Assembly: GCA_965248925.1 (NCBI GenBank)
Contig: CBDFLE010000006.1
Coordinates: forward strand, 3,296,001 to 3,360,000
Source: Candidatus Multivoradales bacterium
GTDB taxonomy: Bacteria > Acidobacteriota > Thermoanaerobaculia > Multivoradales > J023
DNA: 64,000 nucleotides
Reading direction: 5' to 3'
Positions 18,824-28,663 of this stretch are shown here, piece by piece. The translations under genes and the position numbers were made by a program. How positions within the stretch are numbered: the first letter of the stretch is position 1; every line of letters starts with the position of its first letter. A model generated the notes under the pieces. The model was given only the letters and a program-made list of their open reading frames with translations, was not told the DNA's origin and made no database searches.

Positions 18824-21400
18824 CTAGGAGGAACTTCGGCTTCTCGAGTTGATCAGCAGCCGCAGCATGGCGCTGAGCGACAGGGGAGCAAATCCACGCT
18901 GGTGGTTGCGGTGGCCGATCTCGAAGGCCAGCCGCCACTGCTCGAAGAGGACCCGGTAGGCGGTCCACAAGCTGTTGGTGGGATCATAGATGTGGGTTGC
19001 TTCAGAGGTCACGCCGTTGAGTTCCAGAATCTGAAACTCGCCACGACCCAGGGCTGCCGGCGAGGCAGCGCGCAGATCGTAGCGGCCAAAGTAAAAGCCC
19101 TCGAAGCCACGGCTCAAGCGTTCGATCGCAGCCTCTAGAGTGGGGGTGGCGAGATGGGCGCCATCGAGAAAAATGGCGCCGCGGCAGTGGGTGCCGACAT
19201 CGACCAGTCGTACCCTCTCACCAGCCGCCGGAACTCGCGCCGCGCTGGCGCCTAAAGCCTGCAAGTAGGCCGCCGCCATCGCCACCAAACGCCGATCGCG
19301 CAGCACCAGATGTTCGAGGTCCGCGCCGCCATCGCCGACTACTTCGGGTAACTGCTTGTCGGTAATGGAGAAAATCCGGCCGCGCTCTTCGCCCGGCAAG
19401 GCGAGCCAGAATATCCCCAGCTCAAGTCCGGCGACGTAGCGCTGGACGATGGCCGCTGTTGGATGCTCGCCGAGCCACCGCTCGAGCTCATCGATACTGC
19501 GCACCACCGCCACGCCGCGGCCGCGCTCGCCGATGTCGGGTTTGAGCACCACCGGCAGATCCAGCCCGTTTTGCTGCAAGAACCTCTCGACCCTCGCCCG
19601 TCTGTCGGCGACCTCCTCGCCCGCCGGCAGCAAGGCGTAGCGAGCTACCTTCTCGGCATCCAAGCAGGCGAGAATCTCCGACTTCGACTCGCCAATGAAG
19701 CCACTTCCACGGGCGATGCCGGGATTGGCGGCGGTGAAGAGAGTCAGCGACCGGTAGCGCATTCCGAGCCCCAAGACGTAAAGCATTACCGGTGGATAGA
19801 ACATCCACGGCGGCCAGTACTCCCAGCGAATCTTGCGCCGCCACCAACCCGCCAACAGTCGCCGACCTCGCCAGGTGAGCAGCGAACGGCTGAGCAGGAG
19901 CAGCCCCCAAACGATCGCCGCCAAACCCAGCAGGCCGGGCAGCGCCCAACGGCTGAAGACCTCGAAGGAGTCGAGTAGCTGGCTGCCGAGCACGCTGGCC
20001 AAACCCACCAATAGCGGCGTCCACAATGCCACCGGCAAGAACAAGCAGGCGGCGAACCACCAGAAAGGCGCTCGCAGCGCCCCAGCGCCAACGTAGGTGG
20101 GGATGCGGGTACCGGGGAGAAAGCGACTGGCGAAGATCATCCAAGCACCCCGCTGCTCAAACCAGTTTTCGCCCCGTTCGAGCCCGGCGGGGGAAATCAG
20201 CCATTTCAGCGGTGCTTGGCCGAGCCACGGTCGCCCCAACCAGCGGCCGGCACCGTAGAGCAGTAGGTCGCCGATGAAAATGCCGACGAAGCAAGCCAAC
20301 GCTGCTGCCAGCAAGCTCAATCGTCCCTGGGCCACCAGCAGTCCGGCGGTGATGCAGGTCAGGTCTTCACTCAGCAGAGTCGCGGCGGCTAGCAACACCC
20401 CCCAGACCAGTAGAGTCATGCCGTGGGCCGCGGGCAATCTAGCAGTGAATGGCTCGGCGGCACCTCGCCGGCGCTTTACCGACGCGGTTTGGCGAACCGT
20501 GGCTTGACCACTCTCCACCCGGCGCAGGAAATCACTCAGGGGTGCGGCCAGACGCTCGGCGGCGCGAAAGACCAGGAAGTGGTTGGCGGCGAAGGTCACC
20601 AGCTCGGCTTGGGGCACCAGGCGCTGGTGCTCGACGGCAGCGGCATAGGGCACTAGCACGTCGTCTTGGCCGTGCAGAATCAGCATCGGCCCGGCGTAGG
20701 TTTGCAAGATACCCCGCAGAGGGCGTTGATCGGTGTCGTAGAAGTTGCGCCCGTAGGGCAGGCTCAGCATGCCGCCATCGAGCAGGCCAAAGTGCGGTAC
20801 GGCCTCGAAGAGCAACCACAGGCCGCCGAGCTGCAGGCCGTGCAGCGCATGGTTGGCGTGGTAGTTGCCCAGCAGCTCCAGTTCTTGCACGCCGATCGAA
20901 GAAAGCAGGGTCAGCGAGCGGCTTCGCTCGGGCTCCAGCTCGGCCAGATGCAAAGCCACACCGCCGCCCATGCTGAATCCCACCAGGTGGAAGCTATCGA
21001 GGCGCAGGCGATTGGCGAGCTGCTGCAAGTAGCGGGCATGAGCTGAGATCGAGTAGTCGGGCAACTGCCGGCTCGAAGAGCCGAAGCCTGGCAGACTGGT
21101 GGCGATCACCCGATGGCTCGCGGCCAGCATTGGCCCTAGGTGGTCGAAGTCACCGGCGCTGCCGGGGCTGCCGTGGAGCAGCAGAATCGCTGGCTGCCCC
21201 GGTTTGCTGGTACCCCACTCGCGGTAGCTCAAGCGGACTGTTGCCGCTGGCCGCGTTTGGTGTTGAGCCGGGATGGCCGCCAGGTCGAGGGCTTGCTCAC
21301 CAACAGCCAGCGGTGGGGGTTCGGAGTGTAGAGCACGCCACAGATGCGAAGCGCCGAGCAGGATGCCGTAGCCGATCAGCAGCCGGTGACGTCGCCGCAC
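18824..21400 (-). CDS. Fusion of alpha/beta hydrolase + DedA/VTT membrane domain + ATP-grasp ligase
   Basis: HGSPG, GFSMGG (GxSxG), HGQDD, NH; DedA motif FASRFLPGTR; ATP-grasp motifs VLKPDIGERGRGV, GRYDLR, ILELNGVTSE. Confidence 0.8.
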   Translation of the reverse strand: MRRRHRLLIGYGILLGASHLWRALHSEPPPLAVGEQALDLAAIPAQHQTRPAATVRLSYREWGTSKPGQPAILLLHGSPGSAGDFDHLGPMLAASHRVIATSLPGFGSSSRQLPDYSISAHARYLQQLANRLRLDSFHLVGFSMGGGVALHLAELEPERSRSLTLLSSIGVQELELLGNYHANHALHGLQLGGLWLLFEAVPHFGLLDGGMLSLPYGRNFYDTDQRPLRGILQTYAGPMLILHGQDDVLVPYAAAVEHQRLVPQAELVTFAANHFLVFRAAERLAAPLSDFLRRVESGQATVRQTASVKRRRGAAEPFTARLPAAHGMTLLVWGVLLAAATLLSEDLTCITAGLLVAQGRLSLLAAALACFVGIFIGDLLLYGAGRWLGRPWLGQAPLKWLISPAGLERGENWFEQRGAWMIFASRFLPGTRIPTYVGAGALRAPFWWFAACLFLPVALWTPLLVGLASVLGSQLLDSFEVFSRWALPGLLGLAAIVWGLLLLSRSLLTWRGRRLLAGWWRRKIRWEYWPPWMFYPPVMLYVLGLGMRYRSLTLFTAANPGIARGSGFIGESKSEILACLDAEKVARYALLPAGEEVADRRARVERFLQQNGLDLPVVLKPDIGERGRGVAVVRSIDELERWLGEHPTAAIVQRYVAGLELGIFWLALPGEERGRIFSITDKQLPEVVGDGGADLEHLVLRDRRLVAMAAAYLQALGASAARVPAAGERVRLVDVGTHCRGAIFLDGAHLATPTLEAAIERLSRGFEGFYFGRYDLRAASPAALGRGEFQILELNGVTSEATHIYDPTNSLWTAYRVLFEQWRLAFEIGHRNHQRGFAPLSLSAMLRLLINSRSRSSS

Positions 21401-21402
21401 GG

Positions 21403-22140
21403 CTACCTCCGGGCTCGCGCTAGCTCGCGCTTCAAGCTGATCGGTGGGCCGAGTTGGGTAGTCGCTGGAGGACCATCGGCGTAGCGCATGGCGACGGAGT
21501 CGGCGTCTACCTCGACCACCGTGAGACTGACTGTGCGCGCATCCGGCCGCCGCATAGCCGGGGCGAAGGGGCCGGGTTCAGGTAGCTCGCAGCAGTGGTA
21601 GGCAAGGTGGTCTTCGGAGTTAGGGTGGCCGCGGTTCGCCAACAGCTCGTGCCAGACTTGTTGGCGGCTGGCGATGGCGCGGTCAGCGGCGAAGGAAGAC
21701 GAGCAGATGGGCATAGAGCTGGGAGTGGAGACTCTCAAGTCCCGACCGTCCCACTGCCACAGACGGGGCTCACCGAGAGCTGCAAAGGCCAGCAGTGAGA
21801 AGCTGCGCAATCGGCTCTTGTCGGTCTCGTTCAACCGATCAGAGACTGCCCCCAGCCCCGCCGCGCCGGCCAGTAGGCGGACCAATTGGCCGCGGCTTCG
21901 GTAGTTGCCGTTGGCTGGTGGAGCGTCTTGCAGATAGAGGTTGAGCAAGCAGACTGTCAGGCCCAGTTCGTTGACCGCGATCCAGGTGCCGCCGGCATCG
22001 GCGTCGGTCGGTGCTAGATAGCGCCGACCTTTGTGGCAGCCCTCGCTGGGTGCCAAGCCGCGCTGGCGGCTGCGTAATTCGTCGCGGTTAAAGAAGACCT
22101 GGTAGCCGCCGAACTCGATCCGCCAGGTGACGGTGCACAT
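21403..22140 (-). CDS. NRDE / TANGO2 family protein
   Basis: N-terminal MCTV, FNRDE, GGTWIAVN, SRGQLV, RTVS. Confidence 0.9.
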   Translation of the reverse strand: MCTVTWRIEFGGYQVFFNRDELRSRQRGLAPSEGCHKGRRYLAPTDADAGGTWIAVNELGLTVCLLNLYLQDAPPANGNYRSRGQLVRLLAGAAGLGAVSDRLNETDKSRLRSFSLLAFAALGEPRLWQWDGRDLRVSTPSSMPICSSSFAADRAIASRQQVWHELLANRGHPNSEDHLAYHCCELPEPGPFAPAMRRPDARTVSLTVVEVDADSVAMRYADGPPATTQLGPPISLKRELARARR

Positions 22141-22151
22141 GGGTTGGCTTG

Positions 22152-22679
22152 CTAGAGCCCCATGGGCAAGGGCTGGCGATGAAACGAGAGGGTCGAAGGG
22201 GCGACACCAAACGCGGCATCAGGCTCGATTCCATAGCTGCGCAGAAGCATCGAGATCAGCGCGTAATGGTGGACGGTATGACTGAGCAGAAACTGCAACT
22301 CGCGGCCGAGGGTTGAGCTGCCCCAGCGTAGCGCCGAGCCGCGCCAGGCAGCGGCATCGACCCGAATTCGCAGCGGTGTTTCGATGTCGCGCTCCCCGAG
22401 TTCGTGCAAGTGGCAGATCAGCTCCTCGATCACATCGGTGGCGGCGGCCGTCTCGACCTCCACCCGGGGGTCCCGACCGCGAGCATCGTAGTCCACCCGG
22501 CCGGTGTCGAGGCCGTCGACAAAACAGCGGTAGCAGTCGGCGCAGTGGCGAAAGTGCGCGCCGACACTAGCTCGTGGACCGGCGATGCCGCCGGTGCGGG
22601 CATAGAGTTCTGGGTCGAGGGAACTGATCAGTGCGATCCCTTGGCGCAGGAAGTGGATGTTCTGGCGGGTGATGCTCAA
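22152..22679 (-). CDS. DinB family protein
   Basis: SVGAHFRH, VDYDARGRD, RELQFLLSHTVHHYALI (His metal triad), FGVAPST. Confidence 0.85.
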   Translation of the reverse strand: MSITRQNIHFLRQGIALISSLDPELYARTGGIAGPRASVGAHFRHCADCYRCFVDGLDTGRVDYDARGRDPRVEVETAAATDVIEELICHLHELGERDIETPLRIRVDAAAWRGSALRWGSSTLGRELQFLLSHTVHHYALISMLLRSYGIEPDAAFGVAPSTLSFHRQPLPMGL

Positions 22680-22715
22680 GGCGAGTCTCCTGGATAGTCC
22701 CTCGTCCGCAAGAGA

Positions 22716-23519
22716 CTATCCGAAGAAGGTGCGAATCTGCCGTCTATCCATGGCTTCTACGTCGAAGATAACCAGATAGTCGATAGTCTTGAATGCCCGG
22801 TCGATCGCTGGCGGGCCGCAGATCTTGGCGTGGTGGCGCAGGTAGATACGGAAGAGCTTGGGGATTTTGACGCGAAACTTAGGGTCCGGTTGCAGCTGAT
22901 CGTCGTAGCACTCCCAGCCGGGCTGCGGTCGCACTTCTAGATCTGGATGCAGGTGCCCTTTCCGATCCAGGTAGGCCAGCACGGCGCGACCTTCGACCGG
23001 ATCTTGGCTAGTCAGCGAGCAGCAGCCGAAAAGAAATCTCTTAGCGGAAGCTTGTACATAGACCGCCATGCCTTTCCACAACAGGAATAGGACTTGCGTA
23101 TTGCGGTGCTTCTCGGCGACGCAAGCGCGGCCCACTTCGAACGAGGCGTCGATGATCGCGGCCGGCAGCTGGCTCAGGTCGAATTCCTGTGCCGAGTAGA
23201 AACCGCGGTACTGGGCCGCCATCTCAGCGGTTTGCATGCGGTAGGTCCCCACCACCTCGCCCGAGCGTCGTTCGAGCACGATCAAGTGGTGACAGACGGC
23301 GTCGAAAGGGTCTTCGTCACGGCCGGTTTGGTGGGACTCTTCGAGGCCCTCTCCGAGTTCTAGATTGAACACCAGGTAGCGCAGCCTGAGTACCGCGTCG
23401 AGTTCGGCCAGAGTATGGGCAAAGCGCACTTCATAGCGCCCCTCTCGCAGCACCGTGTCGGGGATCTCGGTCGCGAAGACCGGAAACCGAATCTCAGACT
23501 CGACGATGGTCTGGCCCAT
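22716..23519 (-). CDS. GNAT N-acyltransferase (OlsB / Acetyltransf_5-like)
   Basis: LRLRYLVF, DEDPFD, VGTYRM, EVGRACV, IPKLFRIYLR, D..F...D. Confidence 0.85.
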   Translation of the reverse strand: MGQTIVESEIRFPVFATEIPDTVLREGRYEVRFAHTLAELDAVLRLRYLVFNLELGEGLEESHQTGRDEDPFDAVCHHLIVLERRSGEVVGTYRMQTAEMAAQYRGFYSAQEFDLSQLPAAIIDASFEVGRACVAEKHRNTQVLFLLWKGMAVYVQASAKRFLFGCCSLTSQDPVEGRAVLAYLDRKGHLHPDLEVRPQPGWECYDDQLQPDPKFRVKIPKLFRIYLRHHAKICGPPAIDRAFKTIDYLVIFDVEAMDRRQIRTFFG

Positions 23520-23533
23520 GATGCAATCGCTCC

Positions 23534-24304
23534 TCAGTGCAAGCGTCTGAAGCTGGAAGGCTCAGCTTGGAGAATCCACCGCTCCCCTCGGCGTATGACC
23601 TCACCCTCAATCTCCAGCGGCTCAGCCACATAATCGAGAATCTCGCCGTGCATCGCCCGCCCGTCTTCGCCGACCAATTGGAGGTAGGCGGCGGGACCGT
23701 TCTCGTCACGAAGCACGAAGACCGGCGGGATACCGCCGCTGATGCAACGCACGGCACACCCCCGATGGGGTTTGCCGTGGCCGGGCTTCATCAGGCCAAG
23801 ATAGCACTTGGAATCGACGATTTCTCCACGCAAACGTTGCCTGCCATAGGAGCGGTTGAGCGGTGCTGAGATGCTCGCCGGGCCGAGATCCTCAACCGCC
23901 GCGCCTTCTTCCAACTCGAGCATGGTCTGGTTGTCGCGGTAGATCAGTGCTCCGCGCAGCCGCAGGCGATGGCCGTCGAGCCCACGGAGGGCTGCGCCGC
24001 CGCCGTGCTTTCCGAAGCTCACCAGCCAGTATGGAGAGCGCTGGGCAACGCTATCGGTTGCTTGGCCGGGGCGGTCGACCAGCAAAAGCGGGTAGGGCCG
24101 TTCTATCAGGGTGCCTTCGAAGTGGCGGTATTCCAGGTACTCGAAAGTAGCGACCGGGAAAGAATTTTGCGAGGTCACCAGCAGAACCGCGACTGCCGCC
24201 AGCAGCAGCAGCAACAGCACCACGACTCGCCGGATGTGGTGGCCGATGCCGGTGGGCGCCTGGGGTAGGTAGCCGACGTAGAACTCATCCGGTCGCTCAG
24301 CCAT
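23534..24304 (-). CDS. Conserved hypothetical membrane-anchored protein with Cys/His motif
   Basis: FYVGYL then a TM helix; GEIVDSKCYLG...HRGCAVRCISGGIP; overlaps the Rieske gene stop. Confidence 0.7.
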   Translation of the reverse strand: MAERPDEFYVGYLPQAPTGIGHHIRRVVVLLLLLLAAVAVLLVTSQNSFPVATFEYLEYRHFEGTLIERPYPLLLVDRPGQATDSVAQRSPYWLVSFGKHGGGAALRGLDGHRLRLRGALIYRDNQTMLELEEGAAVEDLGPASISAPLNRSYGRQRLRGEIVDSKCYLGLMKPGHGKPHRGCAVRCISGGIPPVFVLRDENGPAAYLQLVGEDGRAMHGEILDYVAEPLEIEGEVIRRGERWILQAEPSSFRRLH

Positions 24305-25346
24305 GACGGATCCCCTCGTCGATCAGCGCTGGCTCGACGCGAGTGCCGGCAGGCAGGGGTTGGGGATCGACCCACACCCGCCCCTCGTGTACGGCGATGC
24401 GGAAGGTGGGTACCCGTTCAGCGAATGGCGGCGGCGAGCTGCCGTCCTCGGGTCGGTACTGGTAGCCGTGCCAGGGGCAGACCACACAGCCGTCGACGAT
24501 CTTGCCTTCGCCCAACGGGCCATTCTGGTGCTGACAGACGTTTGAGATGGCCGAGACTCTACCGTCGTAGCGGAATACCGCCACTCGCTCGCCACTGAGG
24601 GGGAAGATCCGGGCACGCTTGTCGTCGATCTCGTCGACTCCGCACAGCTCGACGAACCTATCTCCGGGCATGCCATGGCTTGGCTCCGCGATGCTCTCTC
24701 GCCTGCCAGCCAGCAGGTGCAAGACGATCAGCCATAGCATGCCAAGGGCCAGCAAGCTGGCCAGCAAGGGATGGTTTTCTTGCTGCAGAACGCCGAGGGC
24801 GACGTGCAGGGTGACCGATGCATAGGCTACATAGACCAGCATGTGTAGGGCCTTCCACACCGGCGCGGTCAGGTTGGCGAGCCAAAAATCGTGGCTGGTG
24901 GCGGCCATTAGAAACAAGATGCCGAGGGCCATCAGGCCCAGGGGTTGGAAGGGGAACTGGCTTAGGCTATCCCAGCGCGAATTGCCCACCAGCAGGCTAA
25001 CCAGCGGGTTGAGGTCGCCGAAGGCGTGAAACTGCATCAGGGAGAAGGTGCCGTGGCCCAGGGCGAGTAGAAACATCGTCACCCCGAGATGGCGGCGATT
25101 GTAGAGCAGAGGCAAGAAACGGCGGTCGAGTCTGCAAAGGGGCCCGATCGACAGAATGATGTGCAACAGCAGCAGGGCGGCGGTGCCGAGGCCGCGAATC
25201 AGCAACGTTTCTACCGTGGCTTCGGCCTGCAAGGCGCTGCCGAGGCCGATGAAGACTCCAAGGTAGAGGACGACGCCGCCCACCATCAACAGGTCGTAAA
25301 TGCGCTTCTGCCGGTTCCAACCGACGGCTTGGTACGAGACGCTCAT
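24297..25346 (-). CDS. Ferric-reductase-like (MsrQ-type) heme-b membrane domain fused to a Rieske [2Fe-2S] ferredoxin
   Basis: RRHLG, WKALH.LVY, LH; Rieske motifs CQH...CPWHG. Confidence 0.85.
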   Translation of the reverse strand: MSVSYQAVGWNRQKRIYDLLMVGGVVLYLGVFIGLGSALQAEATVETLLIRGLGTAALLLLHIILSIGPLCRLDRRFLPLLYNRRHLGVTMFLLALGHGTFSLMQFHAFGDLNPLVSLLVGNSRWDSLSQFPFQPLGLMALGILFLMAATSHDFWLANLTAPVWKALHMLVYVAYASVTLHVALGVLQQENHPLLASLLALGMLWLIVLHLLAGRRESIAEPSHGMPGDRFVELCGVDEIDDKRARIFPLSGERVAVFRYDGRVSAISNVCQHQNGPLGEGKIVDGCVVCPWHGYQYRPEDGSSPPPFAERVPTFRIAVHEGRVWVDPQPLPAGTRVEPALIDEGIRHG

Positions 25347-25894
25347 CGATGCTCCTTGCTGTCGTCGGCCAGCGCTGAACTTGTGGCGCTGAACTCCACC
25401 GCGGGTGGCACCGGGCCTCGCGGCAAGGCACCGCTGCCTAGCACCTCGCCATGAGCAAGGCTGAAGAGCACTAGCTGGCCACCACGGTACTGTCTAGCGG
25501 CAGCTGGCAGTCGGAAAACTTGTGGTCGTCGGCCGGCGACCGAGCCCAACATGAAGGCTTGGGGTGGCAAGCTGCTGCTGGTGGTGACCCTGGCCCAGTA
25601 GGCCAAGACGTCCGGCTGCGCCAGCTCTGTCAGAGGCTCGATCGCCAAGAACGTCTCGTCGCCAACGGAGTAGAGCGCTAGGTGAAGGGTGACGCCAGCG
25701 ATGTCGACGGTGCTTTCCGCGGTGCTCTCCGCCAGAGTGGCAGAATTGGCCACTGGCGGACGCAGGGCGGTGGGCAGAGAACTGTTGAAGAGGGCCGCCG
25801 GAGGACGTGACCAGAGGGCCGCCGCCAGGGCAGCGGGGAGCAGACAGAGCGCGATCCAGTACCAGCGGTGGCGACGGCGCAAGGGCGCGATCAT
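25343..25894 (-). CDS. Hypothetical membrane-anchored protein
   Basis: LRRRHR plus TM, PDVLAYW, LFSLAHGEV; ATGA overlaps at both ends. Confidence 0.7.
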   Translation of the reverse strand: MIAPLRRRHRWYWIALCLLPAALAAALWSRPPAALFNSSLPTALRPPVANSATLAESTAESTVDIAGVTLHLALYSVGDETFLAIEPLTELAQPDVLAYWARVTTSSSLPPQAFMLGSVAGRRPQVFRLPAAARQYRGGQLVLFSLAHGEVLGSGALPRGPVPPAVEFSATSSALADDSKEHR

Positions 25895-26167
25895 CGTTCA
25901 CCCCGGCTAGCTGCGCGGTGGGGGTTGTTTTCCGTCGGCGGTCCGGTACCGCGCAGCCAGCGGCCCAACAGCAGCGGCCACAGAGCGGCCGCGCCGGGTA
26001 GGATCAGGATGCGAAAACCGAGGCTGCCTCGCCGTGCGGCTGGGTCCACTCGGCCAACGCCAAGAGCGACGAAGGCTAGAGCGAAACCAAGGCCCAAGGC
26101 AACATAGATAGTCAAGCCTGTAGTCAGCCAGTTCGCTAGGGTGATCGTCAAGGGTTCGGTTCCCATC
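25891..26167 (-). CDS. Hypothetical small membrane protein
   Basis: Two TM segments, GVGRVDPAA...FRILILPG..ALWP, E.NPHR; first gene of the operon, start approximate. Confidence 0.65.
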
Positions 26168-26354
26168 GTGCTAGAGCGTTCGTTCCAAGACCGCAATCGG
26201 ATCAATTTCGGAACGAAATTAGTCGACTATTTCTGAGTCTTACCAGCTCCCGACTATACATCCAGTTGGATCCCGCTCCGGAATGCCACCGTGGGCGAAC
26301 CATTTTCCCGCCAGGGGCGTAGGATTGGAAGCAACAACTTAGGAGAAATGAGCC

Positions 26355-26831
26355 ATGCCCCCACAATCCCAGTTTGGAATACGCTATTTCGGCCGCGTCG
26401 TCATCACCGCGACCTTGCTTCTGCTCTTGGCTTGGCCGTTGGCCGCTGTCGAGCCGGTCAACAAGACCCTTTTCGGCGGCGTCGCCATCGAGGGCTACGA
26501 TCCCGTAGCTTACTTTCAGGACGGCGCACCGCGCAAGGGTGCCAAGAAGCATGTCTACGACTGGCGGGGAGCCACTTGGCGCTTCGCCAGCACCGCCAAC
26601 CGGCAGCTATTTGTTGCTGATCCCGAGAAATACGCGCCGCAGTACGGCGGCTACTGTGCTTTCGCCGTCAGCCAAGGCAAGACCGCCGGCATCGACCCGG
26701 ACTCGTGGTCGATTGTCGACGACAAGCTCTACTTGAACTACAACCAGAAAATCCAAACCAAGTGGCGAGCTGATATCCCCGGCTACATCAGCAGCGCCGA
26801 CGCCGCCTGGCCGAGGCTGCTCGCTGAGTGA
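26355..26831 (+). CDS. Secreted YHS-domain protein
   Basis: Signal peptide; AIEGYDPVAYF, WRFASTANRQLF, PEKYAPQYGGYCAFAV, KLYLN. Confidence 0.9.
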   Translation: MPPQSQFGIRYFGRVVITATLLLLLAWPLAAVEPVNKTLFGGVAIEGYDPVAYFQDGAPRKGAKKHVYDWRGATWRFASTANRQLFVADPEKYAPQYGGYCAFAVSQGKTAGIDPDSWSIVDDKLYLNYNQKIQTKWRADIPGYISSADAAWPRLLAE

Positions 26832-28102
26832 TGCTGTCGCGTTGCTCGTTGGCCTGTCGCTCTGGTTGGCTGGTTTTGCTCGCCTTCGTCTGCCCCTGGT
26901 CAGCTAGCTTTGCCGACGTCGAGGGTTGGATCTCCAGCCGTGGGGTCGCGGTCGAGAGTTCGACTTCCTGGCTCGAAGGCGGCTTTGGACGTTTGCGGCT
27001 TGGTGGCGAAGGGAACAGCGACGAGCGTGAGACCCACTTCCTCGCCAACGCCACGCTGCTGGTCGACTGGCGATCCGACCGAGCGTTTGGCGCTTTTTTC
27101 CAGGCGTTGGCTCGGAGCGAGCCCGGCGAGGTTGGCGGCCGTTCGTGGGGATTTGTCGAGGCCTATGCGCGGTTCGAGCGCACCCTGCGCAAGGATGACT
27201 TTTTGCGGCTACGTTTGGGCCAGTTTCTGCTACCGACCTCGCGCGAGAACGTTGATTATGGATGGTCGTCGCCCTACACCTTGACTCTCTCGGCGCTCAA
27301 TAGCTGGGTGGCTGAAGAGTTGCGGCCGATCGGCTGGTGGAGCGACTATCAAGTGGCGTTCGCGAGCGGCTCGAAACTCCGCTTTGGCGGCAGTATGTTC
27401 GGCGGCAACGACACCGCGGGAGCCCTATTGGGTTTTCGAGGATGGAGCATGGGAGATCGTCTGACGGTATTCGGTGAGACCCTACCTCTACCCCCGACTC
27501 GGAGTCTGCGGTCCGGCGGAGTGTTTTCCGGCCTCCAACAAGACACCGGTACCGAGCCGATTGGCGACGATCTAGACGATCGTCTGGGTTGGGCTAGTTG
27601 GTTGCGTTGGTCGTGGTCGAAAAGGGCGCTAGTGCAGGTCACCCGGTTCGACAATCGGGCAGATCGAGATTTGCACGACGGTCAGTATGCCTGGCACACC
27701 CAATTCGATATCTACGCCGTCGAACTCCATCCGACCGCTTCGTGGTCGCTGGTGGGCGAGCTGGTGCAGGGCCGGACCGGCATGGGCTTGATGGCGCAAC
27801 CGATCGTGGAACTCGATTTCGAAGCGGCCTACTTACTGACCTCATGGACCCGTGGGCCTTTACGAATCAGCTTGCGCTACGACAGCTTCGAGACCATCGA
27901 TCGAGATCTTGGTTTGGCCGACATCGAAGACGAAGACGGTGATTCCTGGACGCTAGCGGTTTTTTGGCAGCCGGGGGAAAGCTGGCGGCTGGGACTTGAG
28001 GCTGTCGAATTAGAGGCGGCTCGGGCCGCGGCTAGCGAGGCCGGCTTGGGTCCGGATCTCAACGCTCGCAGCCTCACCGTCGATCTGCGCTACTACTTCT
28101 GA
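26828..28102 (+). CDS. Outer-membrane beta-barrel (porin-like) protein
   Basis: Signal peptide, amphipathic beta strands, C-terminal LRYYF; overlaps the YHS stop. Confidence 0.7.
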   Translation: MMLSRCSLACRSGWLVLLAFVCPWSASFADVEGWISSRGVAVESSTSWLEGGFGRLRLGGEGNSDERETHFLANATLLVDWRSDRAFGAFFQALARSEPGEVGGRSWGFVEAYARFERTLRKDDFLRLRLGQFLLPTSRENVDYGWSSPYTLTLSALNSWVAEELRPIGWWSDYQVAFASGSKLRFGGSMFGGNDTAGALLGFRGWSMGDRLTVFGETLPLPPTRSLRSGGVFSGLQQDTGTEPIGDDLDDRLGWASWLRWSWSKRALVQVTRFDNRADRDLHDGQYAWHTQFDIYAVELHPTASWSLVGELVQGRTGMGLMAQPIVELDFEAAYLLTSWTRGPLRISLRYDSFETIDRDLGLADIEDEDGDSWTLAVFWQPGESWRLGLEAVELEAARAAASEAGLGPDLNARSLTVDLRYYF

Positions 28103-28128
28103 GCGGCCTAGAAGCAGGATATGGACTC

Positions 28129-28569
28129 CTAGCAGCGCTGGTAATCAGGCCGCCACTCACGGATCTTCTTCTTGATCTCCGTCCGCTGGTGAATTCCCTG
28201 GTCGAGGACCTCACGTACCAAGTCGGCGAGTTCGCCGTCGCTGGCGAAGCGTAGGGCCACCATTTGGCTGACCGACAGTTCGTCGATTCTGCCGCGTAGA
28301 TCCTCGGGGAAGAGGGCGGCCATGCGTTGGCGCTCTTCGAGGCGAATCAGGCGATCTTGAACCTTGAGGGCGAAAACCCGCGCATAGTAAGTGGTGCCGG
28401 CAACAGCGATCACGAATAGCACGGCGATCGCAGTGCTCAAATCCGGCCGTCGTATCAAGTTCCACGCCGCCCACAGGAGAGTGACGACGATCAGGCCCGG
28501 AGTCAGGTAGTGGTAGCCTGGGACCATCTTCGAGTGATTGGCAAGAGTTTGGGTGCGTTTTTCCGACAA
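28129..28569 (-). CDS. DUF6526-like membrane protein
   Basis: QTLANH...YHY, ALKVQDRLIRLEE, ALRFASD, IKKKIREWRPDYQR. Confidence 0.65.
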   Translation of the reverse strand: MSEKRTQTLANHSKMVPGYHYLTPGLIVVTLLWAAWNLIRRPDLSTAIAVLFVIAVAGTTYYARVFALKVQDRLIRLEERQRMAALFPEDLRGRIDELSVSQMVALRFASDGELADLVREVLDQGIHQRTEIKKKIREWRPDYQRC

Positions 28570-28663
28570 AGTGCTCGTCTCCGTTTAAATGTAATGAAGG
28601 GATGGCCGAGCCTAGCATTGTCGAGCTAACCTGCGGCAGCTCTGCTTGGTTCCAGTGGGCAAG

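Noticed and set aside
26355-26831. Selenoprotein form of the YHS protein
   Set aside because: The GGYC position is a TGT Cys codon and there is no in-frame TGA.
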